Assembly: GCA_050951845.1 (NCBI GenBank)
Contig: JBMNJV010000006.1
Span: 295,565-359,564 of the forward strand
Length of the DNA: 64,000 bases
Direction: 5' to 3'
Source: Saccharofermentanales bacterium
GTDB lineage: Bacteria > Bacillota > Clostridia > Saccharofermentanales > DTU023
Below are positions 30,926 through 42,963 of the stretch, piece after piece. Made by a program: the position numbers and the translations under genes. The notes beneath the pieces were generated by a model, which did no database searches, was not told where the DNA came from, and saw only the letters and a program-made list of their open reading frames with translations. The first letter of the stretch is position 1. Each line of letters begins with the position of its first letter.

Positions 30926-33900
30926 TTAATCTTGTTCGGCATAAAAACCAAGACCTTTTTCTGTATTATAAAGTCCATATCCGGGCATTATCTCCACCAT
31001 TTTTCCAGTTGAATTATCACGCAAAGAATAAAAAACGCAACCCCAGCTTAAATATTTTTCCGGTAAGGTTTCTGTTCTTTTACCCGGCAAATACAGTATA
31101 AAATCACCGTTACCTTCCAAGCCATAGGGTCTGCTGCTGACCACTCTTACGCCATTTTCTATTTTTGATTTTCCCTCAGGCAGAGCAGTTTGCAGGCTTT
31201 CTCTTTTTAAACGATACGTATATGGATCGATTTTTTCAATAATAGAAAACTGACCGCTGAAATCACATTCATTTCTTGTACCACGGGGATAACCCGGACC
31301 GTTATCTCCCGCATTTGTATCAGAATGATTACCGTAATAAAAGCCGTTCTCATCAATATGCAGATTAGTAGCCCAAGCTCCGACGCCGCTCGCGAACCAA
31401 AAAACATCAGGCAATTTGGCAAAAATTGCCTTTTTCTCCGCCTCTGATAAACCGGAATTTGGTTTCTTGACAGTTGTAGAACGAATTGCCACATAAGCTG
31501 TTCTTCCGTTATACGTGAACTTGAACCATGCTCCCTGAATTGTACCAGTCACGCGGATAGGTTGCCGCGGTCTGCTGACGATACTGCCGTTCGGGCTGCT
31601 CCTGATTATCGAATTGGCATATATGTATCGCGTTGTTTTTGCAGGTACAGGATTCTTTTGTAGGAGTACAGCATACACATATGCTGTCTTGCCGTTATGA
31701 GTGAATCGCACCATATTCCCGACCAGGACTCCGCTTACTCGATAACCTTTCGGTACAGTTGTAACAACACTTCCGTTCGGCGTATTTCTCACATATAGTT
31801 TTTGTTTGGCATAACCGGTCATCACCGGATTTCTTGTTGTCGTGGAACGAATTGCCACATAGGCCGGTTTACCGTTATAGGTAAACTTGAACCAGGCTCC
31901 CTGAATTGTACCGCTCACACGAAGCGGGCGCCACGGTCTGGTGACTATACTGCCGTTCGGGCTGCTCCTGATTATCGAATTTGCATATATGTATCGCGTT
32001 GTTTTTGCAGGTACAGGATTCTTTTGTAAGAGTACGGCATATACATATGCGGTCTTTCCTTTGTGAGTAAATCTCACCATATTACCGACAAGGACACCCT
32101 TGATTTGAGATCCGCGCAGTATTGTATCCGTGACTGCCCCGTTCGGCGTATTTCTTACATATAGTTTTTGTTTGGCATAACCGCTTATTACGGGATTTCT
32201 CGTTGTCGTGGAACGCAGTGCAACATAAGCAGTACTTCCGTTATAGGTAAATTTAAACCATGCGCCTTCGATTATTCCGGTCACCAAAAACGGGCGCCAC
32301 GGTCTGCTGACTATACTGCCGTTCGGTGCACTTCTGATTACTGAATTCGCTAATATATAAGTGGTTGCACGGACAGGATTCTTTTGCAGGAGTACGGCAT
32401 ATACATATGCGGTCTTTCCTTTATGCGTGAAACGTATCATATTACCGACCAGGACACCCTTGACTTGAGTACCGCGCAGTATTGTGTCCGTGACTGATCC
32501 GTTCGGCGTATTTCTTACATATAGTTTTTGTTTGGCATAGCCGGTCATTGCAGGATTTCTGTTAGTGACTAACTTAGCTGCAACATATGCTGTTCTTCCG
32601 TTATAGGTAAACTTCAGCCATGCTCCCTCTATTGTCCCCGTTATTAAGATTGGCCGCCATAGTTTTGTAATGATTTCACCGTTCGGCGCACTTCTGATTA
32701 TTGAATTCGCATATATATATCCTGTTACTATTACAGGTTTTGCTTCAACAACAGTGAAGGTAATCCTTGCTGAATCTGTAGAACCTGCTGAGTTTGCTGC
32801 AGTTACATATGCAGTGTATTCTCCGGCAGGCAGTGTATTGATTGACAAGACTCCTTCCGCCATATCCTGAGTAAGCACTCTTTCCGAATCCTTATCGATT
32901 CCTATTGTGTATTTTGCAGGATTGTTATCACCACTGGCAGTGAAGGTCAAGGTTTCTCCCTCTGTCACAGAATTTGAAGAAACGGTTAAGGTTGCTGATG
33001 TCGGTGCGATCGCAGGCGTCGTAAATGATTGCAGCGAACCATCATATCTGGTACCGCCTATTACAGCATAGAATTTATAATAATATGTAGTGTCAGGCTG
33101 AAGTGCTCCAAACCACTTATTGCAATTATAATACATTACGGAATGAGGATTTGGATAAGTTTCTTCTTTGTGAGTTAAATTGTTGGGATCACTGCCAAAA
33201 TAGCAGCCAAAAGAGCTTGTACGCTGTGCCGTATGGAATGCCGTTCTAAAAGTTGCGTCTGTTGCAGTCAATCCTTCAACCCAGTATCCGGTTACAATAT
33301 CATCCAAATTTCCGGTTGTTGATGCCGTTCTGAACGACTGCAGTGATCCCTCATATCTGGTACCGCCTATTACAGCATAGAATTTATAATAATATGTAGT
33401 GTCAGGCTGAAGTGCTCCAAACCACTTATTGCAATTATAATACATTACGGAATGAGGATTTGGATAAGTTTCTTCTTTGTGAGTTAAATTGTTGGGATCA
33501 CTGCCAAAATAGCAGCCAAAAGAGCTCGTACGCTGTGCCGTATGGAATGCCGTTCTAAAAGTTGCATCTGTTGCTGTCAATCCTTCAACCCAGTATCCGG
33601 TTACAATACTGTCTAAATTTCCGGTTGCCGGAGGCTGGGTATAACCAACAATTTTTTCCGGACGTGGTCGGATCCAACCTGTACAATAATTTCCACACCA
33701 TTGACCTTTACTATTAGTCCACTCATAGTTATATCTTTGCGTAGCTTGATGTGTTGCTCTTCCTCCCGATTGATGAAGAACTTGCATTGAGCTTTGATTT
33801 GCTGAAAGTACAACAGCCGTATGACCCTTTGGATTGCCACCTTCTCCACGCCAAACTACTACATCACCGCGTTGAGGTACATTACTTCCGTTATATGGAA

Positions 33901-34729
33901 TTTTCTCGAAATAAGCACTGCTTGCATTATTATATTTCTCCTCACCATTCCCTTTACCTATAGTATTCAAATAACTCTGTCCAAAAATATACTGTGCATA
34001 ACTATTTGGCACATCGACACACCATGCACCATTGTCATCCATATCAAGCCTTTGTCCCGGAGCCCAAGCAAACCATTCTTCCTGACGAGAGGTAGTCGCC
34101 GCTTTAACTTCTATCTGTCGCTCACTATTGAGCATTGGCAACTCTTCCGTGTTGTCACTTGTTTGTTTTGTCGATTCAGTTTCTCCGGTTGATTCATCTG
34201 CAACTTCTGCAGATTCAGCTACTTCATCTTCAGGCTCAATTGTTTCTTCTGTAGGCTCAATTGCCTCTTCGGTCGGTTCAGGCGCTTTTTCCGTAGGTTC
34301 GGTCTTTTCTTCTGCAGGTTCGGTCGCTCCATCTGTTGATTCAATTGTTTCTTCTATTCCCGGTTCCGGCAATAACTCGTTGTCTCCGGTTTCTGATTCG
34401 GCTGCTCCGGCTTCATCTTCACTCTCAGTTGATACTACTTCATTTACTTCCTGATTTGATTCATCATTTGCTTCATCATTTGATTCCTGATCTGAATCAT
34501 TCGCTATTGTTGCAGGTGTTTCAAGTTCCGGTTCAACGTCATCAGGCTCACTGCTACCCGGTTCAGCTTCTGCCGACAAATCAGGTTCAGTAAGTGCCGC
34601 TTCTAAGTTTTCGGCTTCGTTTGCATCCAGCGGTTCAGCTTTAACCTGCTCTGTGAAAACACTTCCCAAAACTAATGCAAATAAAACTAATAGAATTAAT
34701 GTTTTTTGTGCAATATTTATCTTCTTCAT
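30926..34729 (-). CDS. Large secreted multidomain protein: acidic region, CHAP domain, two 103-aa Fn3-like repeats, Ig-like domain, SH3b-like repeats, conserved unknown C-terminal domain
   Basis: GAWCVDVP…GDVVVW…GHTAVV (CHAP dyad); LQPDTTYYYKFYA twice with a 309-bp period; C-terminal FWFASGVGAW…YPRGTRNECDFSGQF. Confidence 0.82.
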   Translation of the reverse strand: MKKINIAQKTLILLVLFALVLGSVFTEQVKAEPLDANEAENLEAALTEPDLSAEAEPGSSEPDDVEPELETPATIANDSDQESNDEANDESNQEVNEVVSTESEDEAGAAESETGDNELLPEPGIEETIESTDGATEPAEEKTEPTEKAPEPTEEAIEPTEETIEPEDEVAESAEVADESTGETESTKQTSDNTEELPMLNSERQIEVKAATTSRQEEWFAWAPGQRLDMDDNGAWCVDVPNSYAQYIFGQSYLNTIGKGNGEEKYNNASSAYFEKIPYNGSNVPQRGDVVVWRGEGGNPKGHTAVVLSANQSSMQVLHQSGGRATHQATQRYNYEWTNSKGQWCGNYCTGWIRPRPEKIVGYTQPPATGNLDSIVTGYWVEGLTATDATFRTAFHTAQRTSSFGCYFGSDPNNLTHKEETYPNPHSVMYYNCNKWFGALQPDTTYYYKFYAVIGGTRYEGSLQSFRTASTTGNLDDIVTGYWVEGLTATDATFRTAFHTAQRTSSFGCYFGSDPNNLTHKEETYPNPHSVMYYNCNKWFGALQPDTTYYYKFYAVIGGTRYDGSLQSFTTPAIAPTSATLTVSSNSVTEGETLTFTASGDNNPAKYTIGIDKDSERVLTQDMAEGVLSINTLPAGEYTAYVTAANSAGSTDSARITFTVVEAKPVIVTGYIYANSIIRSAPNGEIITKLWRPILITGTIEGAWLKFTYNGRTAYVAAKLVTNRNPAMTGYAKQKLYVRNTPNGSVTDTILRGTQVKGVLVGNMIRFTHKGKTAYVYAVLLQKNPVRATTYILANSVIRSAPNGSIVSRPWRPFLVTGIIEGAWFKFTYNGSTAYVALRSTTTRNPVISGYAKQKLYVRNTPNGAVTDTILRGSQIKGVLVGNMVRFTHKGKTAYVYAVLLQKNPVPAKTTRYIYANSIIRSSPNGSIVTRPWRPLRVSGTIQGAWFKFTYNGKPAYVAIRSTTTRNPVMTGYAKQKLYVRNTPNGSVVTTVPKGYRVSGVLVGNMVRFTHNGKTAYVYAVLLQKNPVPAKTTRYIYANSIIRSSPNGSIVSRPRQPIRVTGTIQGAWFKFTYNGRTAYVAIRSTTVKKPNSGLSEAEKKAIFAKLPDVFWFASGVGAWATNLHIDENGFYYGNHSDTNAGDNGPGYPRGTRNECDFSGQFSIIEKIDPYTYRLKRESLQTALPEGKSKIENGVRVVSSRPYGLEGNGDFILYLPGKRTETLPEKYLSWGCVFYSLRDNSTGKMVEIMPGYGLYNTEKGLGFYAEQD

Positions 34730-34833
34730 TTCGTACGTCTCCTTGTAGAAATTCTTGAATTGTACCGATAGATTGTTTCGATTATTTAATAATTATTCAA
34801 TATTACGTGTTACTATTATACATTACACCGATG

Positions 34834-34884
34834 TTTACCCTTAACCATTGTGCCGTCTCCCTATTGATTTTACTTGTTTTGACA
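34834..34884 (-). pseudogene. Orphan 5' gene head (RBS + ATG GTT AAG GGT AAA), copy of the start region of 28725-30473
   Basis: Matches 30459-30509 and ~37790-37830; the frame closes after 10 codons (MVKGKHRCNV*). Confidence 0.8.
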
Positions 34885-35013
34885 TATTTATATATAATCA
34901 AAAATCTTTAATCGCACTCCATTATAGATTATCTGGTCCAGACAAACATTTTACGATGATCTGTATTTCGGTATTTCAGTGATTATCTAAGTAATCTCAT
35001 TCATTTCTATGTT

Positions 35014-37797
35014 TTAGTTCATTTTTATGCTTTGCCAGACACCTTGGTCTGTTACGTCTAAAAAACGAATAGTCACAAAACGTTGACCATTCCATACATT
35101 TCCGGGCTCTGATTCAAAATAGACTTCCATCGGAAATGCATAATTGTTAATAATTGAACCCGACCATAAGCCCGTTAATTTCAAAACACCTTGTGAATTT
35201 AATTCAGCTTTATTAATTACAAAATGCAATTTAGGGGGTCTTGGTGGTTGGGTCACCATTAATAAACATGACTTTAATTTCAAAATATTTTGTTGTTCAA
35301 CATTATATGTTTGATAAAAAATCTGATCTAATCTTTCAGCCGTTGCCAAATCAAAAACAAACATCTGTCTAATAACATTGTTAATCTCGGAACGATTATA
35401 AATAAAATGTTTTAAACCATTGGCATAATGTATCCTGCTCCTACATCCAGGTGCCTTGGGACTTTCGCTTAACAAGCGCCAGCTAGCCCAATCTATAACA
35501 TTTGCAGTCATTTTTCTTTGATCAAACAAGTATGAACCATCGCTCATTTTACTGTGCAACTTTGTTATTCTCGGCAGAGCTTCATCATCAGTACCAGCGA
35601 TACTTCTTCCTCCCGTTGTCCATTCGTCACTGCCTAGTATATTAGATATAGAAAAAGTATGGTCTTTCAAAGTAGGATAGTTGTCCGCATTTACCGTACG
35701 CCAATTGGTTTTATCAAGATTTCTCCACCATAACGATAAATTTTGAGTTTGGATGTATTTTAATGGATCAGCTTGTAATAGTTCAACATACACATAACTT
35801 GTTTTTCCTTTATGGGTGAATCTCACCATATTACCGACCAGAACACCCTTGACTTGAGTACCACGGAGTATTGTATCGGTTACTGCTCCGTTCGGCGTAT
35901 TTCTTACATATAGTTTTTGTTTGGCATAACCGGTGATCACAGGATTTCTTGTTGTCGTGGAACGAATTGCCACATAGGCCGGTTTACCGTTATAGGTAAA
36001 CTTGAACCAGGCTCCCTGAATTGTACCGCTCATACGAAGCGGGCGCCACGGTCTGGTGACTATACTGCCGTTCGGGCTGCTCCTGATTATCGAATTAGCA
36101 TATATGTATCGCGTTGTTTTTGCAGGTACAGGATTCTTTTGTAGGAGTACAGCATACACATATGCTGTCTTGCCGTTATGAGTGAATCGCACCATATTCC
36201 CGACCAGGACTCCGCTTACTCGATAACCTTTCGGTACAGTTGTAACAACACTTCCGTTCGGCGTATTTCTCACATATAGTTTTTGTTTGGCGTAGCCGGT
36301 GATCACGGGATTTCTTGTTGTCGTGGAACGAATTGCCACATAGGCCGGTTTACCGTTATAGGTAAACTTGAACCAGGCTCCCTGAATTGTACCGCTCACA
36401 CGAAGCGGGCGCCACGGTCTGCTGACTATACTGCCGTTCGGGCTGCTCCTGATTATCGAATTAGCATATATGTATCGCGTTGTTTTTGCAGGTACAGGAT
36501 TCTTTTGTAAGAGTACAGCATACACATATGCGGTCTTTCCTTTATGCGTGAAACGTACCATATTTCCGACAAGGACACCCTTGACTTGAGTACCGCGCAG
36601 TATTGTATCCGTGACTGCCCCGTTCGGCGTATTTCTTACATATAGTTTTTGTTTGGCATAACCGCTTATTACGGGATTTCTCGTTGTCGTGGAACGCAGT
36701 GCAACATAAGCAGTGCTTCCGTTATAGGTAAATTTAAACCATGCGCCTTCGATTATTCCGGTCACCAAAAACGGGCGCCACGGTCTGCTGACTATACTGC
36801 CGTTCGGTGCACTTCTGATTATTGAATTCGCTAATATATAAGTGGTTGCACGGACAGGATTCTTTTGCAGGAGTACGGCATATACATATGCGGTCTTTCC
36901 TTTGTGAGTAAATCTCACCATATTACCGACCAGGACACCCTTGACTTGAGTACCGCGCAGTATTGTATCCGTGACTGCCCCGTTCGGCGTATTTCTTACA
37001 TATAGTTTTTGTTTGGCATAACCGGTCATTGCAGGATTGCCGGTTGTCGTGGAATTCACTGCTACATAGGCCGGTTGGCCATTATAAGTAAATCTGAACC
37101 ATACTCCTTTGATTGTGCCGGTCATGCGAAACGGACGCCACGGTCTGCTGATGATACTGCCGTTCGATGCACTTCTGATTATGGAATTGGCTAACACATA
37201 CCTGGTTGCTTGCACCGGATCACCAAGAGTTGGTGTGTTTTCTGAGTCATTGGTATCTGTTGCAGGACCGGGAGTTTCATCAGGTTGAGCAGTTTCATCA
37301 GACGTTTCTGTTTCCGGGCTTGCCGGTTCTTCGATTGGAGTTCCAGGCTTTGGCGGGGGTTCAGACTCTGTCAGAGTTTCTGACTCAGAAGATCTTGGTG
37401 CTATAACATTCGGAGTTTCAGCAATTTCAGTTTCTTCTGCTGTTTCTGTCGTTTCTGTTATTTCTGCTGCTTCAACTGCTTCCGGACTTTCTGAATTTTC
37501 AGCAGTTGATTCTGTAGTTACGGCAACTTCCGTGGTTTCGGCTGCTGCCGAAGTTTCAGCCGTTTCGGATGTGTCTGCAGTTTCCGTTTCAGATATGTCT
37601 GCAGTTTCCGTAGTTTCCGAAGATTTAACTGCTGATTCCGTCGTTTCGGATGTTGCCAAAGCCTCTGCAGTTTCCGTTGCATCCAATGTTTCGGTGATTT
37701 CTGCACTTACTTTGAATGAAAAAACATTCGTAAATACCAGTGAGATCAACAGTAACCAAAGAAAACCTTTGATTACTTTCTTTCTACTCTTAACCAT
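35014..37797 (-). CDS. Secreted SH3b-repeat protein with an unrecognised ~250-aa C-terminal domain
   Basis: Family signal peptide LLISLVFTNVFSFKVSA, acidic T/E region, tandem A/B SH3b-like pairs. Confidence 0.8.
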   Translation of the reverse strand: MVKSRKKVIKGFLWLLLISLVFTNVFSFKVSAEITETLDATETAEALATSETTESAVKSSETTETADISETETADTSETAETSAAAETTEVAVTTESTAENSESPEAVEAAEITETTETAEETEIAETPNVIAPRSSESETLTESEPPPKPGTPIEEPASPETETSDETAQPDETPGPATDTNDSENTPTLGDPVQATRYVLANSIIRSASNGSIISRPWRPFRMTGTIKGVWFRFTYNGQPAYVAVNSTTTGNPAMTGYAKQKLYVRNTPNGAVTDTILRGTQVKGVLVGNMVRFTHKGKTAYVYAVLLQKNPVRATTYILANSIIRSAPNGSIVSRPWRPFLVTGIIEGAWFKFTYNGSTAYVALRSTTTRNPVISGYAKQKLYVRNTPNGAVTDTILRGTQVKGVLVGNMVRFTHKGKTAYVYAVLLQKNPVPAKTTRYIYANSIIRSSPNGSIVSRPWRPLRVSGTIQGAWFKFTYNGKPAYVAIRSTTTRNPVITGYAKQKLYVRNTPNGSVVTTVPKGYRVSGVLVGNMVRFTHNGKTAYVYAVLLQKNPVPAKTTRYIYANSIIRSSPNGSIVTRPWRPLRMSGTIQGAWFKFTYNGKPAYVAIRSTTTRNPVITGYAKQKLYVRNTPNGAVTDTILRGTQVKGVLVGNMVRFTHKGKTSYVYVELLQADPLKYIQTQNLSLWWRNLDKTNWRTVNADNYPTLKDHTFSISNILGSDEWTTGGRSIAGTDDEALPRITKLHSKMSDGSYLFDQRKMTANVIDWASWRLLSESPKAPGCRSRIHYANGLKHFIYNRSEINNVIRQMFVFDLATAERLDQIFYQTYNVEQQNILKLKSCLLMVTQPPRPPKLHFVINKAELNSQGVLKLTGLWSGSIINNYAFPMEVYFESEPGNVWNGQRFVTIRFLDVTDQGVWQSIKMN

Positions 37798-37874
37798 TGT
37801 GCCGTCTCCTCATTGATTTTATTTGTTTTGAAATTAGAATAAATTAAGAAATTTAATTATTAATTAACTATCGG

Positions 37875-40800
37875 TCACTTTAATAGTGAAGCATAGATAT
37901 ACCCGGTTTTGCCCGAATATACAAATTTGACCCAGTTGCCCACCAAGGTTCCGCTGACTTTTCTGTTGGCAGGTAATGAACCTATTACACTGCCGCCGGG
38001 CGAACTTCTCACATTGACTGCACTTTTGGTATATCCGGTAATCGGGGGTGATGTGGTGGTTGTTACCCCCAGATGTGCATAAGCCGTTTTACCATTATAA
38101 GTAAATTTGAGGTAACTTCTTTCAATTGTACCCGTTACATAGATCGGCATCTTCAATTTTTCAATGATTGTTCCGCCGGGCGCACTCCTGATATTGGAGC
38201 CGGCCTTTACATAACAGGTTAATTTAACCGGATCGGCTTGCAGAAGTGAGGCATAAACATAGCCGGTTTGGCCTGAATATATAAATTTAACCCAGTTGCC
38301 TGTCAAGGTTCCGCTTACTTTCCGACCTATCATCAAAGAACCGATTACGTTGCCTCCGGGGGAACTTCTCACATTGACTGCACTTTTGGTATATCCGGTA
38401 ATCGGGGGTGATGTGGTGGTTGTTACCCCCAGATGTGCATAAGCCGTTTTACCATTATAAGTAAAATTGAGATAACTTCCTTCAATTGTACCCGTTACAT
38501 AGATCGGCATCTTCAATTTTTCGATGATTGTTCCGCCGGGCGCACTTCTGATGTTGGAGCCGGCCTTTACATAACAGGTTAAGTTAACCGGAGCGGCTTG
38601 CAGGAGTGAACTATAGACATATCCGGTTTTTTCCGCATAAGTGAATTTGACCCAGTTGCCTGTCAAGGTTCCGCTTACTTTACTACCTATTGATAAAGAA
38701 CCGATTACTCCTCCATTCGGTGCGCTTCTTATGTTGACATTACTTTTGGCATAACCGGTAATCGGCGGATTTCGAGTCGTAATTAAACTCTTTAGCACAT
38801 AGGCTGTTTGACCATTATAGGTGAACTTAAGATAACTTCCTTCAATTATACCCGTTACATAGATCGGCATTTTTAACGTTGCGATGACATTGCCTTCAGG
38901 TGCACTTCTTATTTTAGAACGAGCTTTGATGTAACAAAGTAAAGATACTCCCGGATCAAAACAATATTCAAGTATTTGATCAACAGAAGGATCTTCGAAT
39001 GGTAATTCATCTAGATGAAAAACATCTAGTATTTTTATATTCTCGGGAATTCTTACTTGGGTTATTAAGTTATTAAAAAATATTTTCGAACCTATTATTT
39101 CTATAAAATCAGGTAGAGTTACGCTGGTTAATTTATTATTTGAAAATGCCTCAAAGCCTATTTCTGTTACAGAATCGGGTATTTCCAAACTGGTTATTTG
39201 ATTATGTGAAAACGCATTGCTTTCAATTTTTGTAACAGAATCGGGGATTTCTATATAGGTTAGTTGATTCCTTGAAAATGCATGACTTCCTATAGTTGTT
39301 ACGGAATCAGGAATTGTTACACTGGTTAATTCATTATTCCTAAACCCGGATAAATATGTTACAGAATTGGGTATTTCTATATAGGTTAGTAGATTACTTG
39401 AAAATGCACCATCTCCTATTGCCGTTATGGAATTGGGTATTTCTACACTGCTTATTTTATTATTTGAAAACGCATAGCTCCCTATTGTTGTTACTGAATC
39501 AGGGATTATGACACCGGTTAATCGATTCTGTGAAAATGCTTGACTACCTATTTCTGTTACGGAATTCGAAAATTCTATATTTGTTAGTTTATTACTAGAA
39601 AATGCATTATTCCCAATTGTTATTACGGAATCAGGGATTGTTATACTAGTTAAATCATTATAACAAAACCCGGATAAATATATTACAGAATTGGGTATTT
39701 CTATATAGGTTAGTTGATTTCTTTCAAATGCAAAATTTCTTATTATTTTTACAGAATTCGGAATTTCTATATTTGTTAGTTTATTACTAGAAAATGCATA
39801 TTCTCCTATGTTTTTTACTGTATTCGGTATTGTGACATTAGTTAATGCCTTACCATAAAAAGCTTTTCTCCCTATTGTTGTCACTTCAACTCCATCAATT
39901 TCTGCAGGAATTGCTATATCCTTACTTGTACCGGTATAACCGGTAATTATACCGGTTTCTATTTCAAATATAAATTCAGACTCATCAGGCTCAGGTTCAG
40001 ATTCAATTTGGTCAAAGCAATAGTATTCAATTTCTGCCTGTGTAGGATTATAAATACTACGTAATTCAGATCTCTTTATTTCTCTAATACTATACGGTAT
40101 TCTTTTCTCAAGGATAGGGTTCTCTTTAAAGGATTTCTCTCCTATAATTGTAACAGATGCAGGAATGTCTATATTAATTAATTTGTTAGAATAAAATGCC
40201 TCTACTCCTATTCTTGTTACAGAATTCGGAATTTCTATATTTGTTAGTTGATTACAAGAAAATGCACTATCCCCAATTGTTATTACGGAATCAGGGATTG
40301 TTACACTAGTTAAATCATTATAACAAAACCCGGATAAATAAATTACAGAATTGGGTATTTCTATATAGGTTAGTTGATTTCTTGCAAATGCAAAATTTCT
40401 TATTATTTTTACAGAATTCGGAATTTCTATATTTGTTAGTTGATTACAAGAAAATGCACTATCCCCAATTGTTATTACGGAATCAGGGATTGTTACACCG
40501 GTTAAATCATTATAACAAAACCCGGATAAATATGTTACGGAATTGGGAATTTCTATACTGGTTATTTGATTATGTGAAAATGCATAGTTTCCAATTTCTC
40601 TTACGGAATCAGGGATTGTTACACTAGTTAATTGATTACAAGAAAATGCACTTTCCCCTATTATTCTTACGGAATCGGGGATTGTTACACTAGTTAATTT
40701 ATTATTTGAAAATGCCTCTAAGCCTATTTGTGTTACGGAATCTGGTATTTCCAAACTGGTTAATTGATTATAAGCAAACCCGGATAAACTTGTTACGGAA

Positions 40801-42508
40801 TCGGGGATTTCTACACCGGTTAATAGATTATGTGAAAATGCACCAGAACTTATAAATGTTACGGAATTCGGGATTTCTACACTGGTTAAATTATTATAAG
40901 CAAACCCGGATAAACTTGTTACGGAATCGGGGATTTCTACACTGGTTAATAGATTATGTGAAAATGCATCATTACCTATTCTTGTTATGGAATCAGGGAT
41001 TGTTATACTGGTTAGTTGATTCCTTGAAAATGTATTACCATCTATGTTTGTAATGGAAGTAGGAATTTCTACACTGGTTAGTTGGTTAGATGAAAATGCA
41101 TGATGTTCTATTGTTGTTACAGAATCAGGAATTATGATACTGGTTAATAGATTATGTGAAAATGCACTATAACCTATTTTGGTTATGGAATCAGGGATTG
41201 TTATACTAGTTAATTGATTGCTTGAAAATGTAGCATACTCTATGGTTGTAACGGAATTAGGAATTTCTACACTGGTTAGTTGGTTATATGAAAATGCATT
41301 ATGTTCTATTTTTGTTACGGAATCGGGTAGTTTCAAGCTGGTTATTTTATTTTCTGAAAACGCATAACTTCTTATATTTATTACAGAATCCGGAATTATA
41401 ATACTGGTTAATAGATTCTGTGAAAATGCTCCAATACCTATTTCTGTTACAGAATTGGGTATTTTTACATAGGTTAGTTGATTATTGGAAAATGCAAAAC
41501 TTCCAATTGTTGTTACTTCAACTCCATCAATTTCTGCAGGAATTACTACATACTTACTTGTACCGGTATAACCGGTGATTGTACCAGTTTCTATTTTAAA
41601 TGTAAACTCAGATTCAGGTTCAGATCCAATTTGGTCAAAGCAATAGTATGCAATTTCTGCCTGTGTAGGATTAAAAATACTTGGTATTCCGATTCCGTAT
41701 CTCTCTATTTCTCTAATACTATCCGGTATTCTTTTTTCAAGGATAGGGTTCTTTTTAAAGGATTTCTCTCCTATAATTGTAACAGATTCAGGAATATCTA
41801 CACTAATTAATTTATTAGAATAAAATGCCTCTAATCCTATTCTTGTTACAGAAGTCGGAATTTCTACACTGGTTAGTTGATTGTTCAAAAACGTTTGATT
41901 TTCTATGATTGTAACGGAATCAGGGATTGTAACACTGGTTATTTGATTATTACTAAACCCGGATAAATATGTTACGGAATTAGGTATTTCCAAACTGGTT
42001 ATTTGATTATGTGAAAACGCACCGTATTCTATTCTTGTTACAGAACTCGGAATTTCTACATTGGTTAGTTGGTTATGATCAAACCCGGACAAATGGGTTA
42101 CAGAATCAGGAATTTCTACATTGGTTAGTTGGTTATGATGAAACCCGGACAAATGGGTCACAGAATTAGGGATTATTACACTATTTAATCGATTCTTAGA
42201 AAAAGCATTTACGTCAATTCTTGTTACGGAATCAGGGATTGTTACACTAGTTAATTTGTTATCTGAAAATGTACGATCTTCTATTCTTGTTACTGAATTC
42301 GGGATTTCTACATTACTTAGTTGGTTAAAAGTAAAAGCACCTGATCCTATTTTTGTTACAGAATTGGGTATTTCCAAACTGGTTATTTGATTACGTGAAA
42401 ACGCCTCGAATTCAATTTTTGTAACGGAATCAGGGATTATTACACTAGTTAATTGATTATTTGAAAATGTACTACTTTCTATTATTGTTACAGAATCGGG
42501 GATTGTTA
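37875..42508 (-). pseudogene. 3' part of an IS66-interrupted BspA-type LRR surface protein with six C-terminal SH3b-like repeats
   Basis: (N)xLTxVxIPxSVTxIgxxAF repeats; frame is open from 42500 and in phase with the 5' part once the IS and one TSD are removed. Confidence 0.93.
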
Positions 42509-42618
42509 GTAAGCGTCAAACCTATCGGCGTCTAGTCACCGGAGCACAACTTAGTTAGACTATCCAAAACTGGATGTCTTAAGACGTCTAAAAATGAATA
42601 GTGTAAAGGTGTCTTAAA

Positions 42619-42963
42619 ATGGGTGGTAAACTTGTAGAGCTAAAAAACAATGCCAAATTAAACAACTGGTATATGGATATCCAATCACAAAAACAGAGCG
42701 GTTTAACCGTAGACGAGTGGTGTGAGGAAGCCGGAATGACTCGTTCCACTTATTACTATCGTTACAAAATAGTGATGAAAGCATTAGAAAATCGTCTCGC
42801 TGCTGAAACAGGAAAAACAGTTCAGTTCGAAGCTTTACCGGCTCCTGTTAATGAATCTAAGGAAGAAAGCATCCGCATCCGGCTCGGTGATCTGGAAGTA
42901 GAGATACCATCCGGAGCCAGCTCAGAGAATATTCAAGCTGTAATCGAGGCATTGAAATGTTAA
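42619..42963 (+). CDS. tnpA: IS66 accessory protein TnpA
   Basis: QSGLTVDEWCEEAG…STYYYR HTH; first ORF of the IS. Confidence 0.9.
   Translation: MGGKLVELKNNAKLNNWYMDIQSQKQSGLTVDEWCEEAGMTRSTYYYRYKIVMKALENRLAAETGKTVQFEALPAPVNESKEESIRIRLGDLEVEIPSGASSENIQAVIEALKC

Noticed and set aside
37875-42377. 1500-aa ORF as an independent gene
   Set aside because: It starts at an internal TTG mid-repeat, has no signal peptide, and is the in-frame 3' part of the IS66-split gene
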